Positions 16,232 through 25,451 of a stretch of 64,000 nt of DNA are shown here, in pieces (position 1 is the first letter of the stretch; each line of letters starts with the position of its first letter). Source of the stretch: Lachnospiraceae bacterium. GTDB taxonomy: Bacteria > Bacillota > Clostridia > Lachnospirales > Lachnospiraceae. The position numbers were made by a program, and so were the translations under genes. Location of the stretch: assembly GCA_045600725.1 (NCBI GenBank), contig JAZRYK010000027.1, positions 427 through 64,426 of the forward strand, written 5' to 3'. The notes under the pieces were generated by a model. That model saw only the letters and a list, made by a program, of their open reading frames with translations, was not told the DNA's origin and searched no databases.

Positions 16232-18141
16232 TGAAAAGCTTTAATCGTTCCGTGGTAGGAAAAACAATCAATTTTATTATTATAAATATATGTGCCGTTG
16301 CATTTGTTGCGACGCTTATGGGTATTTTTATCGCTGCAGAATTTGATATTTACGCACATTCCGAGGAAGACGTAATAAACACAATTGTTGGGCGTGATAT
16401 CAAAAACGATCTCATTTCAATTGTCATTGAAAATCTTGTGAATAAGGATGAGAATATTGAATTTTACGGATATGCCTACAAGCTTATAAACAATAAAAAT
16501 GAGCTTGCTGCCAAATCTAAAGAAAATGTTGTCAGGAAAGACTACATTTTATATTATGATGTGCGCATTGAAGGAGATGATGTAATAGACATCGCTGAGA
16601 TGGATGATGCTCTGGCTGTGCCAAGCGGTAAACGATATACGCTGATCGTGGATGTAAACGATTATGTCGGTAATCAGGAAGGCCTGCTTACGGTTAAGGA
16701 CCTGATGGATGCGGTATATTTCTTCAAGGACTGGTTTTTTGTAATTCTTTTTTCTTCTTTCATAATCGGCCTTTTTAGCTTCATTTTTTTGATGATGGCT
16801 GCAGGAAGAAAAGGAAAAACGGACGAGGCGGTGCCGGGACTTATGAACGGCGTGCCATTAGACCTGCTGATTGTGATTATATTTGCGCTTGACGTACTGT
16901 TACTGGCAGCTTGGGGTGAGATGACAGATGCTTTTGCTGACAGAATTAATATGTTCTCATTAGTGTCCCTGTTCTTTGTCTTTGAGGTATGGTTTAACAC
17001 AACCCTTGGATTAGCCATGACCTGTGCATCCAGGATAAAGCAGCATGTTTTGATAAAAAATACAATCTGCTATAAAGTTCTTCATTTTTTCTGGACACTG
17101 AATAAAAATATAGTTTTGAGTCTGCCCCACATATGGCTGGTAGTTGTTTTTATAGCATTTGTTTTTTGCTTGCAGATTATTGTGATGTTAATTAGCTTCA
17201 TCTCTGAAGACGGATTTGGTTTTGTACTGTTTACACTGTTTCTCGATGTTGTTCTTTCAACATTGGTACTGTATATTGCTTCAATGTTAACAAGGCTTCA
17301 GAAAATGGGAAAGAACATTGCTCAGGGAAACATCGGAAATAAAGTAAGCACAGCCGGATTGTTTGGCTCGTTTAAAAGGCACGCCGAAAACTTGAACAGT
17401 ATATCTGAAGGCATGAGTCTTGCTGTTGAAAAGGAAATAAAAAGCGACAGAATGAAAACGGAGCTTATCACAAATGTATCTCATGACTTAAAGACTCCGC
17501 TTACATCTATAATTAATTATGCCGATCTTATCGCAAAGGAACCCTGCGATAATGAAAATATTATTGAATATTCGGGAATTCTTGTTAAACAGTCAGATCG
17601 TTTGAAACGACTTATTGAGGACCTTGTGGAGGCATCCAAAGCCTCAACGGGTAATCTCGAAGTTAATTTTGAACCATGTAATCCGGGAGTGTTTTTGAGC
17701 CAGGCAGGTGGAGAGTATGAAGAAAAACTTTCCGCAAAAAATCTACAGCTTGTGACAAAGCAACCGGAAGAAGAAATCTGTATTATGGCCGATCCTCGGA
17801 GAATGTGGAGAATTTTCGATAATTTGATGAACAATATCAGCAAATATTCCCTTGAGGGTTCCAGGGTATATCTTTCCCTGGAAGTAATCGGAAAACGTGC
17901 GGTTATGACCTTTAAAAACACATCAAGAGAGGCGCTGGATATTTCGGAAGAAGAACTTATGGAACGTTTTGTGCGTGGTGATTCTTCAAGAAACACAGAA
18001 GGAAACGGATTGGGACTCTCTATTGCAAAGAGCCTCGCAGAATTGCAAAACGGAACATTAAGTGTATCGATAGACGGTGACTTGTTTAAGGCGGTTTTAT
18101 CGTTTCCGCTTTCGGAAAAGACGGAAGGAAATACAGTTTAA
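16228..18141 (+). CDS. sensor histidine kinase (HisKA + HATPase_c), multi-TM sensor region
   Basis: The start overlaps the RR stop (ATGATG/TGA). Motifs are H-box VSHDLKTPLTSI, N-box FDNLMNNISKYS and G-boxes NGLGLSIAKSL. Several TM helices are present. Confidence 0.9.
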   Translation: MMKSFNRSVVGKTINFIIINICAVAFVATLMGIFIAAEFDIYAHSEEDVINTIVGRDIKNDLISIVIENLVNKDENIEFYGYAYKLINNKNELAAKSKENVVRKDYILYYDVRIEGDDVIDIAEMDDALAVPSGKRYTLIVDVNDYVGNQEGLLTVKDLMDAVYFFKDWFFVILFSSFIIGLFSFIFLMMAAGRKGKTDEAVPGLMNGVPLDLLIVIIFALDVLLLAAWGEMTDAFADRINMFSLVSLFFVFEVWFNTTLGLAMTCASRIKQHVLIKNTICYKVLHFFWTLNKNIVLSLPHIWLVVVFIAFVFCLQIIVMLISFISEDGFGFVLFTLFLDVVLSTLVLYIASMLTRLQKMGKNIAQGNIGNKVSTAGLFGSFKRHAENLNSISEGMSLAVEKEIKSDRMKTELITNVSHDLKTPLTSIINYADLIAKEPCDNENIIEYSGILVKQSDRLKRLIEDLVEASKASTGNLEVNFEPCNPGVFLSQAGGEYEEKLSAKNLQLVTKQPEEEICIMADPRRMWRIFDNLMNNISKYSLEGSRVYLSLEVIGKRAVMTFKNTSREALDISEEELMERFVRGDSSRNTEGNGLGLSIAKSLAELQNGTLSVSIDGDLFKAVLSFPLSEKTEGNTV

Positions 18142-18181
18142 AACGGATAATATGCTGCATTGGAAACAGCATACAAAAGAA

Positions 18182-18211
18182 CAAGGCGGATATGATTCGC
18201 CTTGTTTTTTT
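18182..18211 (+). terminator. intrinsic terminator after the kinase gene
   Basis: Stem CAAGGCG / CGCCTTG with a 9-nt loop, followed by TTTTTTT. Confidence 0.65.
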
Positions 18212-18220
18212 GCTCAATAG

Positions 18221-18276
18221 GAAATTAATGCTAAAGCATACCGCTCGGGCGCGGAGTGTGTGCGGGCACACACTTT
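18221..18276 (+). repeat. 56-nt intergenic repeat, copy A (hairpin AGTGTGTGC-GG-GCACACACT)
   Basis: 51/56 identical to 49686-49741, same orientation. Sequence: GAAATTAATGCTAAAGCATACCGCTCGGGCGCGGAGTGTGTGCGGGCACACACTTT. Confidence 0.85.
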
Positions 18277-18343
18277 GTTCTGGCACATTTAAAAAATATC
18301 GGATATCATATTCCTATAAAAATGTAAGAAAGAATTGGTAAAA

Positions 18344-19492
18344 ATGATTATTCGCGGAGCAAAGGTTTTTACGGAAAAAATGATTTTTGAAGAAAAAGAT
18401 ATACTGACGGAGGGTGAAAGAATTGCTGAGGTATCCTCTTGTGTATGGGATGAAGGGGAGAATATTGACGCTACGGGAATGCTTGTTATTCCCGGACTTG
18501 TGGATATACATTTTCACGGTGCCATGGGGGCGGATTTTTCGGATGCTTCCGAAGAAGCTTTAATGATAATTGCCGAATATGAAGCGCGGCACGGAATTCT
18601 TTCGATATGCCCGGCAACAATGACTCTGCCTGAAGAAGAACTGGTTAAAATTATGCGCTCCGTAAGGGAATATTCCTGTGAATCCGGAGCAGAACTTGTT
18701 GGGATAAATCTTGAAGGACCTTTTATTTCGGAAAAGAAACCGGGAGCGCAGAAAAAAGACCATATATGCCCCACCGATGTTAAATTGTTTCAGCGTTTGC
18801 AGACAGAATGCGGAGGAATGATAAAAATAGTTGATGTTGCCCCGGAAAAGGAAGGAACTATGGAATTTATTGAGGCAGTGAAGGAAGAATGTGTTGTCTC
18901 AATTGCTCATTCAGACTGTGATTATGACAGTGCACTTTTGGCTTTTAATAAGGGTGCCACCCACATGACCCATCTTTTCAATGCTATGAACGGCATATCG
19001 CATCGTGCGCCGGGACCTATTATTGCTGCACTTGAGCATAATGCAGAGGTTGAACTGATTTCCGACGGAGTACATATTCACCCCGCAATGGTCCGATTTG
19101 TTTTTAATTGCTTTGATGATAAAAAGATTATTCTTATTTCAGACAGTATGCGTGCAACAGGATTACCTGACGGCGAGTACGATTTAGGAGGACAAAATGT
19201 TTCTGTTAAGGGAAACATGGCAACTCTTTCTTCTTCTCCCGATACGATAGCAGGATCGGTAACAAATCTGTATGATTGTATGAAGAACGCAATTTCCTTC
19301 GGGGTACCCTGCGAGAAAGCAATTGCCGCTGCAAGCATCAATCCCGCCGTTTCCATCGGAATTGATGGAGATTACGGAACGATTGCACCGGGTAAGTATG
19401 CAAATCTGCTTATAGTTGATCCAAGTTTTAATATACAAACCACCTTGATAAGGGGTAAAATAATAGGTAAAAATGAAGATCCGAAACTTTAG
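18344..19492 (+). CDS. nagA: N-acetylglucosamine-6-phosphate deacetylase
   Basis: The amidohydrolase metal motif is IPGLVDIHFHGAMGADF, with later NLEGPFIS and THLFNAM. I prefer ATG 18344 (MIIRGAKVF) to TTG 18335. Confidence 0.85.
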   Translation: MIIRGAKVFTEKMIFEEKDILTEGERIAEVSSCVWDEGENIDATGMLVIPGLVDIHFHGAMGADFSDASEEALMIIAEYEARHGILSICPATMTLPEEELVKIMRSVREYSCESGAELVGINLEGPFISEKKPGAQKKDHICPTDVKLFQRLQTECGGMIKIVDVAPEKEGTMEFIEAVKEECVVSIAHSDCDYDSALLAFNKGATHMTHLFNAMNGISHRAPGPIIAALEHNAEVELISDGVHIHPAMVRFVFNCFDDKKIILISDSMRATGLPDGEYDLGGQNVSVKGNMATLSSSPDTIAGSVTNLYDCMKNAISFGVPCEKAIAAASINPAVSIGIDGDYGTIAPGKYANLLIVDPSFNIQTTLIRGKIIGKNEDPKL

Positions 19493-19577
19493 AAGCGGAT
19501 TTTTTTAACACTTAGGTGGCAGCACCGGCGTAATATGAAAAGTTTGTTTTTACAATAATAAGGGAAGAGGAAAAGTT

Positions 19578-20780
19578 ATGCAGAGAATTATTACCAGTTT
19601 GCTTGAAACCGATATGTACAAGTTCAGTATGGGACAGGCAATTTACCATCAGTTCAGTGATTACAAAACAACATGGACATTTAAATGCCGCAACAAGGAT
19701 GTGCATTTTACGGGCGAAATGCTTGAAGAAATAAAAAGACAGATTAAAGACTACTGCACACTCAGATTCACCGAAGACGAGCTTGAATATCTTAACAAAA
19801 TTACATGGATTAAGGGTTCATACATCGATTTTTTGCGCTTGTGGCAACCCAGATTCGAAGATTTTACAATCACTGACGAGGCAGAATGCGGTCTGTTTAT
19901 TGAAGCCGGCGGAACCTGGCTTAACACCTCAATGTACGAAATACCTGTTCTGGCGATTGTGAACGAAGTATATTTCAGAAGCGCCTTTGACTATGACAAG
20001 CTTTGGGAGTCTTACAAAGAACGTCTTGAGGCAAAAATCAAACGCCTCGAGTCGGGTGAATATAACATCGGCATATTCAGTGAATTCGGATTAAGAAGAA
20101 GACTGTCCGGAGAAGCCCAGGAACTTGCTGTAAAAAGCCTTTGCGGCAGACAGTTCCCTGATTCAAAATGTGTGGGAACTTCAAATGTTTTTCTTGCAAA
20201 GAAATACGGAGTTACTCCGGTTGGAACAATGGCACACGAATGGATTATGTGCGTCGGCCAGGGAAATCATAAACATAATCCTGCATACTCAAACTGGTAT
20301 GCGCTTGATGCATGGGTGAAGGAATACGGAGTTTTGAACGGAACTGCGCTCACGGATGCAATCACAACAGAGTGCTTCCTTAAGGATTTCCAACTTACTT
20401 ATGCAACTTTGTTCAGCGGTGTTCGCCATGACAGCGGGGATCCGTATGCATGGGGAGACAGAATGATTGAACACTATGAAGAATTGGGAATCGATCCTAA
20501 AACAAAAACACTTTTGTTCTCAGACAGCCTTGATTTTGATAAGGCCGATAAGCTTAAGGCTTATTTTGACGGAAGGGCAAAGGTGGCTTTCGGAATCGGA
20601 ACATATATCAGTAACGACACGGACGAGCACCCGCTTAATATTGTTATGAAAACAACTTTCTGTAACGGAATGGATGTTGCAAAAATTTCCGATGTAGCCG
20701 GAAAGGGAATGTGCAAGAATCAGGAATATGTAGATTACCTGAACAGATGCATTTCATGGCGTATGGAGAATGAAAAATAA
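19578..20780 (+). CDS. pncB: nicotinate phosphoribosyltransferase
   Basis: The N-terminus SLLETDMYKFSMGQAIYHQF parallels E. coli PncB SLLDTDAYKLHMQQAV. The 400-aa length fits. A GGAAGAGGA RBS is present. Confidence 0.85.
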   Translation: MQRIITSLLETDMYKFSMGQAIYHQFSDYKTTWTFKCRNKDVHFTGEMLEEIKRQIKDYCTLRFTEDELEYLNKITWIKGSYIDFLRLWQPRFEDFTITDEAECGLFIEAGGTWLNTSMYEIPVLAIVNEVYFRSAFDYDKLWESYKERLEAKIKRLESGEYNIGIFSEFGLRRRLSGEAQELAVKSLCGRQFPDSKCVGTSNVFLAKKYGVTPVGTMAHEWIMCVGQGNHKHNPAYSNWYALDAWVKEYGVLNGTALTDAITTECFLKDFQLTYATLFSGVRHDSGDPYAWGDRMIEHYEELGIDPKTKTLLFSDSLDFDKADKLKAYFDGRAKVAFGIGTYISNDTDEHPLNIVMKTTFCNGMDVAKISDVAGKGMCKNQEYVDYLNRCISWRMENEK

Positions 20781-20827
20781 CAAAAATCATGTTTCGGAAT
20801 GCGAATAAAAAGAAAGTGGGTTTGTAA

Positions 20828-22708
20828 ATGAGTTACGGTTTTTTTAAAGCGGCAGCAGTATCATTTCCGGTAAAATTGGGCGATACAATGGCAAATGCCG
20901 AGAGAATATACGAGAAAATCAAAGAAGCGGAGAGTCGGGGTGCTGAACTCGTTGTTTTTCAGGAACTTGCACTGACAGGATATACCTGCGCCGATTTGTT
21001 TGTTCGTGAGAGTTTTTATAAAGCACAGCTTGATGGGTTAAAGGAGCTTCTGTCAAAAACAAAAAGCTCGGATATTCTTGTCTGCCTCGGTATGGCAATA
21101 GAGAGCGGCGGCCGTCTTTTCAATGCTGCGGTTTATATGCAAAAAGGAAAACTTCTTTGTGCAATTCCCAAAACATATATACCGAATTACAACGAATTTT
21201 ACGAGAAAAGATGGTTTACCTCGGGAAAATTCAGAAATGGGGATACTGTCACCGTTTTAGGCGAGGAGATTCCTTTTTCCGAGAATATTCTTCTTAGAGG
21301 TGACGGCGGTGCGGTCATCGGAACCGAAATCTGCGAGGACCTTTGGGTAGCCGAGGCGCCAAGCGGAAAACTCAGCCGTTCAGGTGCCACTGTTATTGTA
21401 AATCCTTCTGCCAGTAACGAGCTTATCGGAAAGAAAGCATACAGAAGAAATCTTGTTTCCATGCAGTCGGCACGCTGCATGGCAGGTTACGTATATGCTT
21501 CCGCGGGTGTCGGAGAAAGCTCAACCGATCTTGTTTTTTCCGGTCATGTAATGATTGCGGATAACGGACATATGATATGTGACGATAATGATACGCTGGT
21601 ATGTGGCGTTATCGATATAGAACGCTGTCTTAATGACAGAAAGAAATTCAACTCCGATGCTTGGGAAGTTTCGAGAAAAATGCTTGAAATTCCTTTTGAA
21701 AGAAGCAAAGAGAGTATTCTTCCGGATGTTGTGGATGCATATCCGTTTGTCCCCGGCGACAGAACGGATTTATATTCACGCTGCAGTGAAATACTGGGAC
21801 TTCAGGCGCGCGGACTTATGCAACGAATTAATGCAACCGGTATTAAGAAGGTTGTTCTCGGGTTGTCAGGCGGACTTGACAGTACACTTGCACTGCTTGT
21901 CTGCATTACTGCTTACACTAAGCTCGGTCTTCCTCTTACGGATATTTTATGCATATCAATGCCGGGCTTCGGAACGAGTGAACGCACAAAACTTATCGCT
22001 GCGGATTTGGCGAAGGTTTTCGGAGTGAACTTTAAGGAAATTGATATAACCAAGGCCTGCAAGCAGCACCTCAAGGATTTAGAACATCCCGAAGACCTTT
22101 ATGATATTACATACGAGAATACTCAGGCCAGGGAACGTACGCAGATTCTTTTTGACTATGCAAACAAAATAAACGGTCTTCTTATCGGGACAGGAGATAT
22201 GTCGGAACTTGCGCTGGGCTGGTGCACATACAACGGCGACCATATGAGCAACTATGCGGTGAACTGCGGCGTTCCCAAGACACTTGTTAAGTTTATTATT
22301 GCCGCATATGCGGAGGAAGCAAAGAAAAACGGAAAGGACGGGATATTCGATACGCTGATGCGTGTATACGAACTTCCTATTTCTCCGGAACTTCTTCCTA
22401 CCGATGAGAAGGGCGAAATTGCTCAGCACACAGAAGGAACAATCGGAAAATATGACCTCCACGATTTCTTCCTGTATCACTATCTCAGAAACGGATTTTC
22501 ATACGACAAGATTTTTGCTCTTGCAAAAATTGCATTTTCCAATGTTGATGAGGAGGAAATAAACCGGACACTGGATATTTTCTATAAAAGATTCCGCACA
22601 CAGCAGTTCAAACGTTCCTGTATTCCGGACGGTGTAAAAGTAGGCAGCGTTTCGGTGTCCCCGAGAGGCGATTTGAGAATGCCGAGTGATATTTCAATGA
22701 TATATTAA
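20828..22708 (+). CDS. nadE: glutamine-dependent NAD+ synthetase (CN-hydrolase + NAD synthetase domains)
   Basis: The N-terminal nitrilase-like domain shows VVFQELALTGY and GTEICEDLW. The C-terminal PP-loop is VVLGLSGGLDSTLAL. Confidence 0.9.
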   Translation: MSYGFFKAAAVSFPVKLGDTMANAERIYEKIKEAESRGAELVVFQELALTGYTCADLFVRESFYKAQLDGLKELLSKTKSSDILVCLGMAIESGGRLFNAAVYMQKGKLLCAIPKTYIPNYNEFYEKRWFTSGKFRNGDTVTVLGEEIPFSENILLRGDGGAVIGTEICEDLWVAEAPSGKLSRSGATVIVNPSASNELIGKKAYRRNLVSMQSARCMAGYVYASAGVGESSTDLVFSGHVMIADNGHMICDDNDTLVCGVIDIERCLNDRKKFNSDAWEVSRKMLEIPFERSKESILPDVVDAYPFVPGDRTDLYSRCSEILGLQARGLMQRINATGIKKVVLGLSGGLDSTLALLVCITAYTKLGLPLTDILCISMPGFGTSERTKLIAADLAKVFGVNFKEIDITKACKQHLKDLEHPEDLYDITYENTQARERTQILFDYANKINGLLIGTGDMSELALGWCTYNGDHMSNYAVNCGVPKTLVKFIIAAYAEEAKKNGKDGIFDTLMRVYELPISPELLPTDEKGEIAQHTEGTIGKYDLHDFFLYHYLRNGFSYDKIFALAKIAFSNVDEEEINRTLDIFYKRFRTQQFKRSCIPDGVKVGSVSVSPRGDLRMPSDISMIY

Positions 22709-22767
22709 TAAATCGTTGTCCATAGATTGTTAGTATAGGCTTGCGATCGGTTCGCAAGGAGAAAAAT

Positions 22768-24111
22768 ATGGAAAAAGAAAACGAAGAAATGCTTCAAAGA
22801 CTTGAAAGATATCAAAGGAATATGGAGCTTATCCACGAGTCCCTTGGTTCGGGGCAGTGGTCAATAGAATTTGATAATATGGGTGAATTGTTAAGCTGTA
22901 ACTGGAGTGATACATTCAGAAGAATGCTTGGTTACAGAAACGAAGAAGATTTCCCAAATGAACTGGAATCATGGACTAATCTGATTTATCCCGACGACAG
23001 GAACAGGGTTCTAAGTGCGTTTTGGAATGCCGTAAATGATTACAGCGGACGCCTTCACTACGACGTTGAATACAGAATCAATACAAGAAATACCGGACTT
23101 AGGTGGTTTCATTCCGCGGGAAGGGTTTCAAGGCGAATTGATGGTACACCGATAACTTTTGTAGGACTTTTTATTGATATAAACGATAAAAAGGAACGTG
23201 ATGAGAAATTTAGGGAACAATTAAATATTGTTGAGGCACTCAGTCGTGATTATCTGAATATTTATAAAATCAATATGGAAACGAAAACCATAGAGATTAT
23301 GAAGCAGGATGCCTATATAATTCAGGATATGGACAGATTGGGTGTTGAATACGATTATGCCGAGTTTGTTGAAAAATATACAAGCGATCAGGTGCTGGAT
23401 ACCGATTCCGAGAGGATGAAAAACGATATGAGTTTTGACCATGTCGAGACGAGCCTGTATAAAAACGGTGAGTATGAATCTAATTTCAGGATCTTTGTCA
23501 ACAATGAGAAACATTACATTCAGTTTAAATATATAAGATTGTCGGACGATCCGAGATATGTCATCCTGGGTTTTAAAAATATTGATGCACTTATGACGAC
23601 AACAAAGGAAAGAGACAATTTAAAGCTTTTGTCAGAGACGGATATAATGACCGGACTTTTAAACAGAGGAAGCGGTGAGAAGAAGGCCGGTGAAGAAATT
23701 AAAAAAGGCTACAGGGGAATGCTTTTGCTTTGTGATATTGATAAATTCAAGAGTATTAATGACACCTTCGGTCACGCTGTAGGGGATAAAGTAATCTGCA
23801 ATATTGCGAATTGCTTGAAAAACAGTTTTCGAGAAGGTGATGTGGTATTCAGACTCGGTGGCGATGAATTTGCGGCGCTTGCACTGAATGTAGACAGCAA
23901 GGTTACCGCGACGTCGATTATCGACAGACTGTTTGAACGTATAGATGCAATAGATATTCCGGAACTGGGCGACAGAAAAGTAACAATAAGTGTCGGTGCG
24001 ACAATGATGGACGGTGTATTTGAAACCTCTTTTGCCGAATTATACAAAAAGGCCGATACCGGGGTATATGAGAGTAAAAAATATAATACGAATAAAGTAA
24101 CTTTCGCCTGA
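22768..24111 (+). CDS. PAS-GGDEF diguanylate cyclase
   Basis: The PAS-like N-terminal half includes GQWSIEFDN...RWFHSAGR. The active site GGDEF is intact (RLGGDEFAAL), with an RxxD I-site 5 residues upstream (REGD-VVFRL-GGDEF). I prefer ATG 22768 with its AAGGAG RBS to TTG 22741. Confidence 0.88.
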   Translation: MEKENEEMLQRLERYQRNMELIHESLGSGQWSIEFDNMGELLSCNWSDTFRRMLGYRNEEDFPNELESWTNLIYPDDRNRVLSAFWNAVNDYSGRLHYDVEYRINTRNTGLRWFHSAGRVSRRIDGTPITFVGLFIDINDKKERDEKFREQLNIVEALSRDYLNIYKINMETKTIEIMKQDAYIIQDMDRLGVEYDYAEFVEKYTSDQVLDTDSERMKNDMSFDHVETSLYKNGEYESNFRIFVNNEKHYIQFKYIRLSDDPRYVILGFKNIDALMTTTKERDNLKLLSETDIMTGLLNRGSGEKKAGEEIKKGYRGMLLLCDIDKFKSINDTFGHAVGDKVICNIANCLKNSFREGDVVFRLGGDEFAALALNVDSKVTATSIIDRLFERIDAIDIPELGDRKVTISVGATMMDGVFETSFAELYKKADTGVYESKKYNTNKVTFA

Positions 24112-24135
24112 CATAAGTCAGGCGAATTGCACACA

Positions 24136-24936
24136 TCATTTTTTTTGCTTAAGCTTAAGGATTTTATCAAGGCTGTAGTTGTAGGGCAATGTGAAATATG
24201 TTTCGTCCACGTCACCGGCTTCAATCAAATCGAGACGTTCCTGAATTCGTGATTTGATAAGTTCGGCGATTTCCTGCTTTTTCAAATCCTTATATTCATC
24301 ATATGGTATGGGCTTTAAATAGTGGACCTCGGTCCATACTTTATTGAAAATACTGTTGCTGTTCATGGATTTGTACGAATCATACAGGCAAACAGGGACA
24401 ATGGTTGTTTTTGTTCTTAATGTAACATTAAGTGCACCGGTATAGAATTCCTGAAGGGTATTTTTGTTATCGCTATAACCGCCTTCCAGAAAAATGACAT
24501 AATTCACACCGGCAGCAACCTGCTCGGTAGCCTGTCTTATAGCGCGAACCTTATCGCGGTCGTCAGTATGGTCTATAATTGAAGCTTCCAAGAGTCCGCA
24601 AACCTGTCTTGCGAGAAGACGTGAAGCCTGCTTCTTTTCAAAAAGAACACTTATGGGCGTGGGGACAGACAATGCTACGCCAAGCGCGTCGTATTTACCC
24701 TGGTGATTGGGGTAGAGAACAAAGGTCTCGTCCAAAGGAACATTCGAAATACCATAGATTCTTGAATTGGTATGTGAATGAATACGCATTTTGTTGGCCA
24801 TTTTACATGCAAAATTGTAACATTCTTCCTGCGTGTAACGGTCCTTGTGTTTTATCATATAGTTGGCTTTGGGTACTGCGTAGATTATCATAAGCCAGCT
24901 TGATAAAATTGTGAGTTTAAAACGCAAATTAAACAT
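24136..24936 (-). CDS. plsC: 1-acyl-sn-glycerol-3-phosphate acyltransferase family protein
   Basis: The HX4D motif is NHQGKYD, with later FLEGG. An N-terminal hydrophobic helix is present. I prefer ATG 24936 (GGGAG 8 nt upstream) to TTG 24951. Confidence 0.75.
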   Translation of the reverse strand: MFNLRFKLTILSSWLMIIYAVPKANYMIKHKDRYTQEECYNFACKMANKMRIHSHTNSRIYGISNVPLDETFVLYPNHQGKYDALGVALSVPTPISVLFEKKQASRLLARQVCGLLEASIIDHTDDRDKVRAIRQATEQVAAGVNYVIFLEGGYSDNKNTLQEFYTGALNVTLRTKTTIVPVCLYDSYKSMNSNSIFNKVWTEVHYLKPIPYDEYKDLKKQEIAELIKSRIQERLDLIEAGDVDETYFTLPYNYSLDKILKLKQKK

Positions 24937-25076
24937 ACAGATATCTCCCAATAAAATTACCGGCGTATATATTATAGCACAGCATGAGCCATATCAAAAG
25001 TGCAGACCGCCAATCATAGAATAAAGTGGAAATATTTGGCAGATTTGATAAAAAATATAATTATAATGAGGTTGTT

Positions 25077-25430
25077 ATGAACTTACAGGAAATGTATCTG
25101 AAAATTGATGAGGACTACGAAGAATTATTACTGCGCATCCCTCGTGAAAAAAGCATTATCAAATATTTGCGCATTTTTGCTTCGGAAGAAGAATTCGGAA
25201 AAATGATTTGTGCTGCCGAGGCAAAAGATTATATAACGGTTTTTAGTATTTCCCACAGTCTTAAAGGTGTATGTGCAAACCTTGGCCTTGCCAAACTTGC
25301 CGGAAGTATTTCCGAAATATGTGAATCGGTAAGGGGAGGAGAACCGGCAGAGGATATAACACCATTGTTGAAAAAGGCAGAGGAAATATATACTTTTAAC
25401 TTGGAAGCCATAAACGGGCTTGAGGATTAG
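25077..25430 (+). CDS. stand-alone Hpt (histidine phosphotransfer) domain protein
   Basis: The HxxKG motif is SHSLKGVCANLGL in a ~118-aa predicted all-helical protein. I prefer ATG 25077 to GTG 25026. Confidence 0.7.
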   Translation: MNLQEMYLKIDEDYEELLLRIPREKSIIKYLRIFASEEEFGKMICAAEAKDYITVFSISHSLKGVCANLGLAKLAGSISEICESVRGGEPAEDITPLLKKAEEIYTFNLEAINGLED

Positions 25431-25451
25431 TTTAGTTGTTCGGAGGTAAAT

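Noticed and set aside
18227-18240. A possible CcpA cre site within the repeat (ATGCTAAAGCATAC), since both copies precede catabolic genes.
   Set aside because: It lacks the central CG and the TGWAA...TTWCA arms of the cre consensus as I know it. Only a 5-bp inverted repeat (ATGCT/AGCAT) is present.
18281-18286. TGGCAC right after repeat copy A, which could be the -24 element of a sigma-54 promoter in front of nagA.
   Set aside because: The required TTGC(W) -12 element five nt downstream is absent (the sequence is ATTTAAAAAA).
22740-22758. A 7-bp hairpin (CTTGCGA-TCGGT-TCGCAAG) overlapping the Shine-Dalgarno of the GGDEF gene.
   Set aside because: The stem is short, there is no T-tract, and only 3 nt of the SD are sequestered. 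This is too weak to call a regulatory structure.
24105-24124. A hairpin (CGCCTGAC-ATAA-GTCAGGCG) between the convergent GGDEF and plsC-like genes, as a possible bidirectional terminator.
   Set aside because: The T-run is 14 nt away on the + side and absent on the - side, and the stem overlaps the GGDEF stop codon. It is possibly functional but not supportable as a canonical intrinsic terminator.
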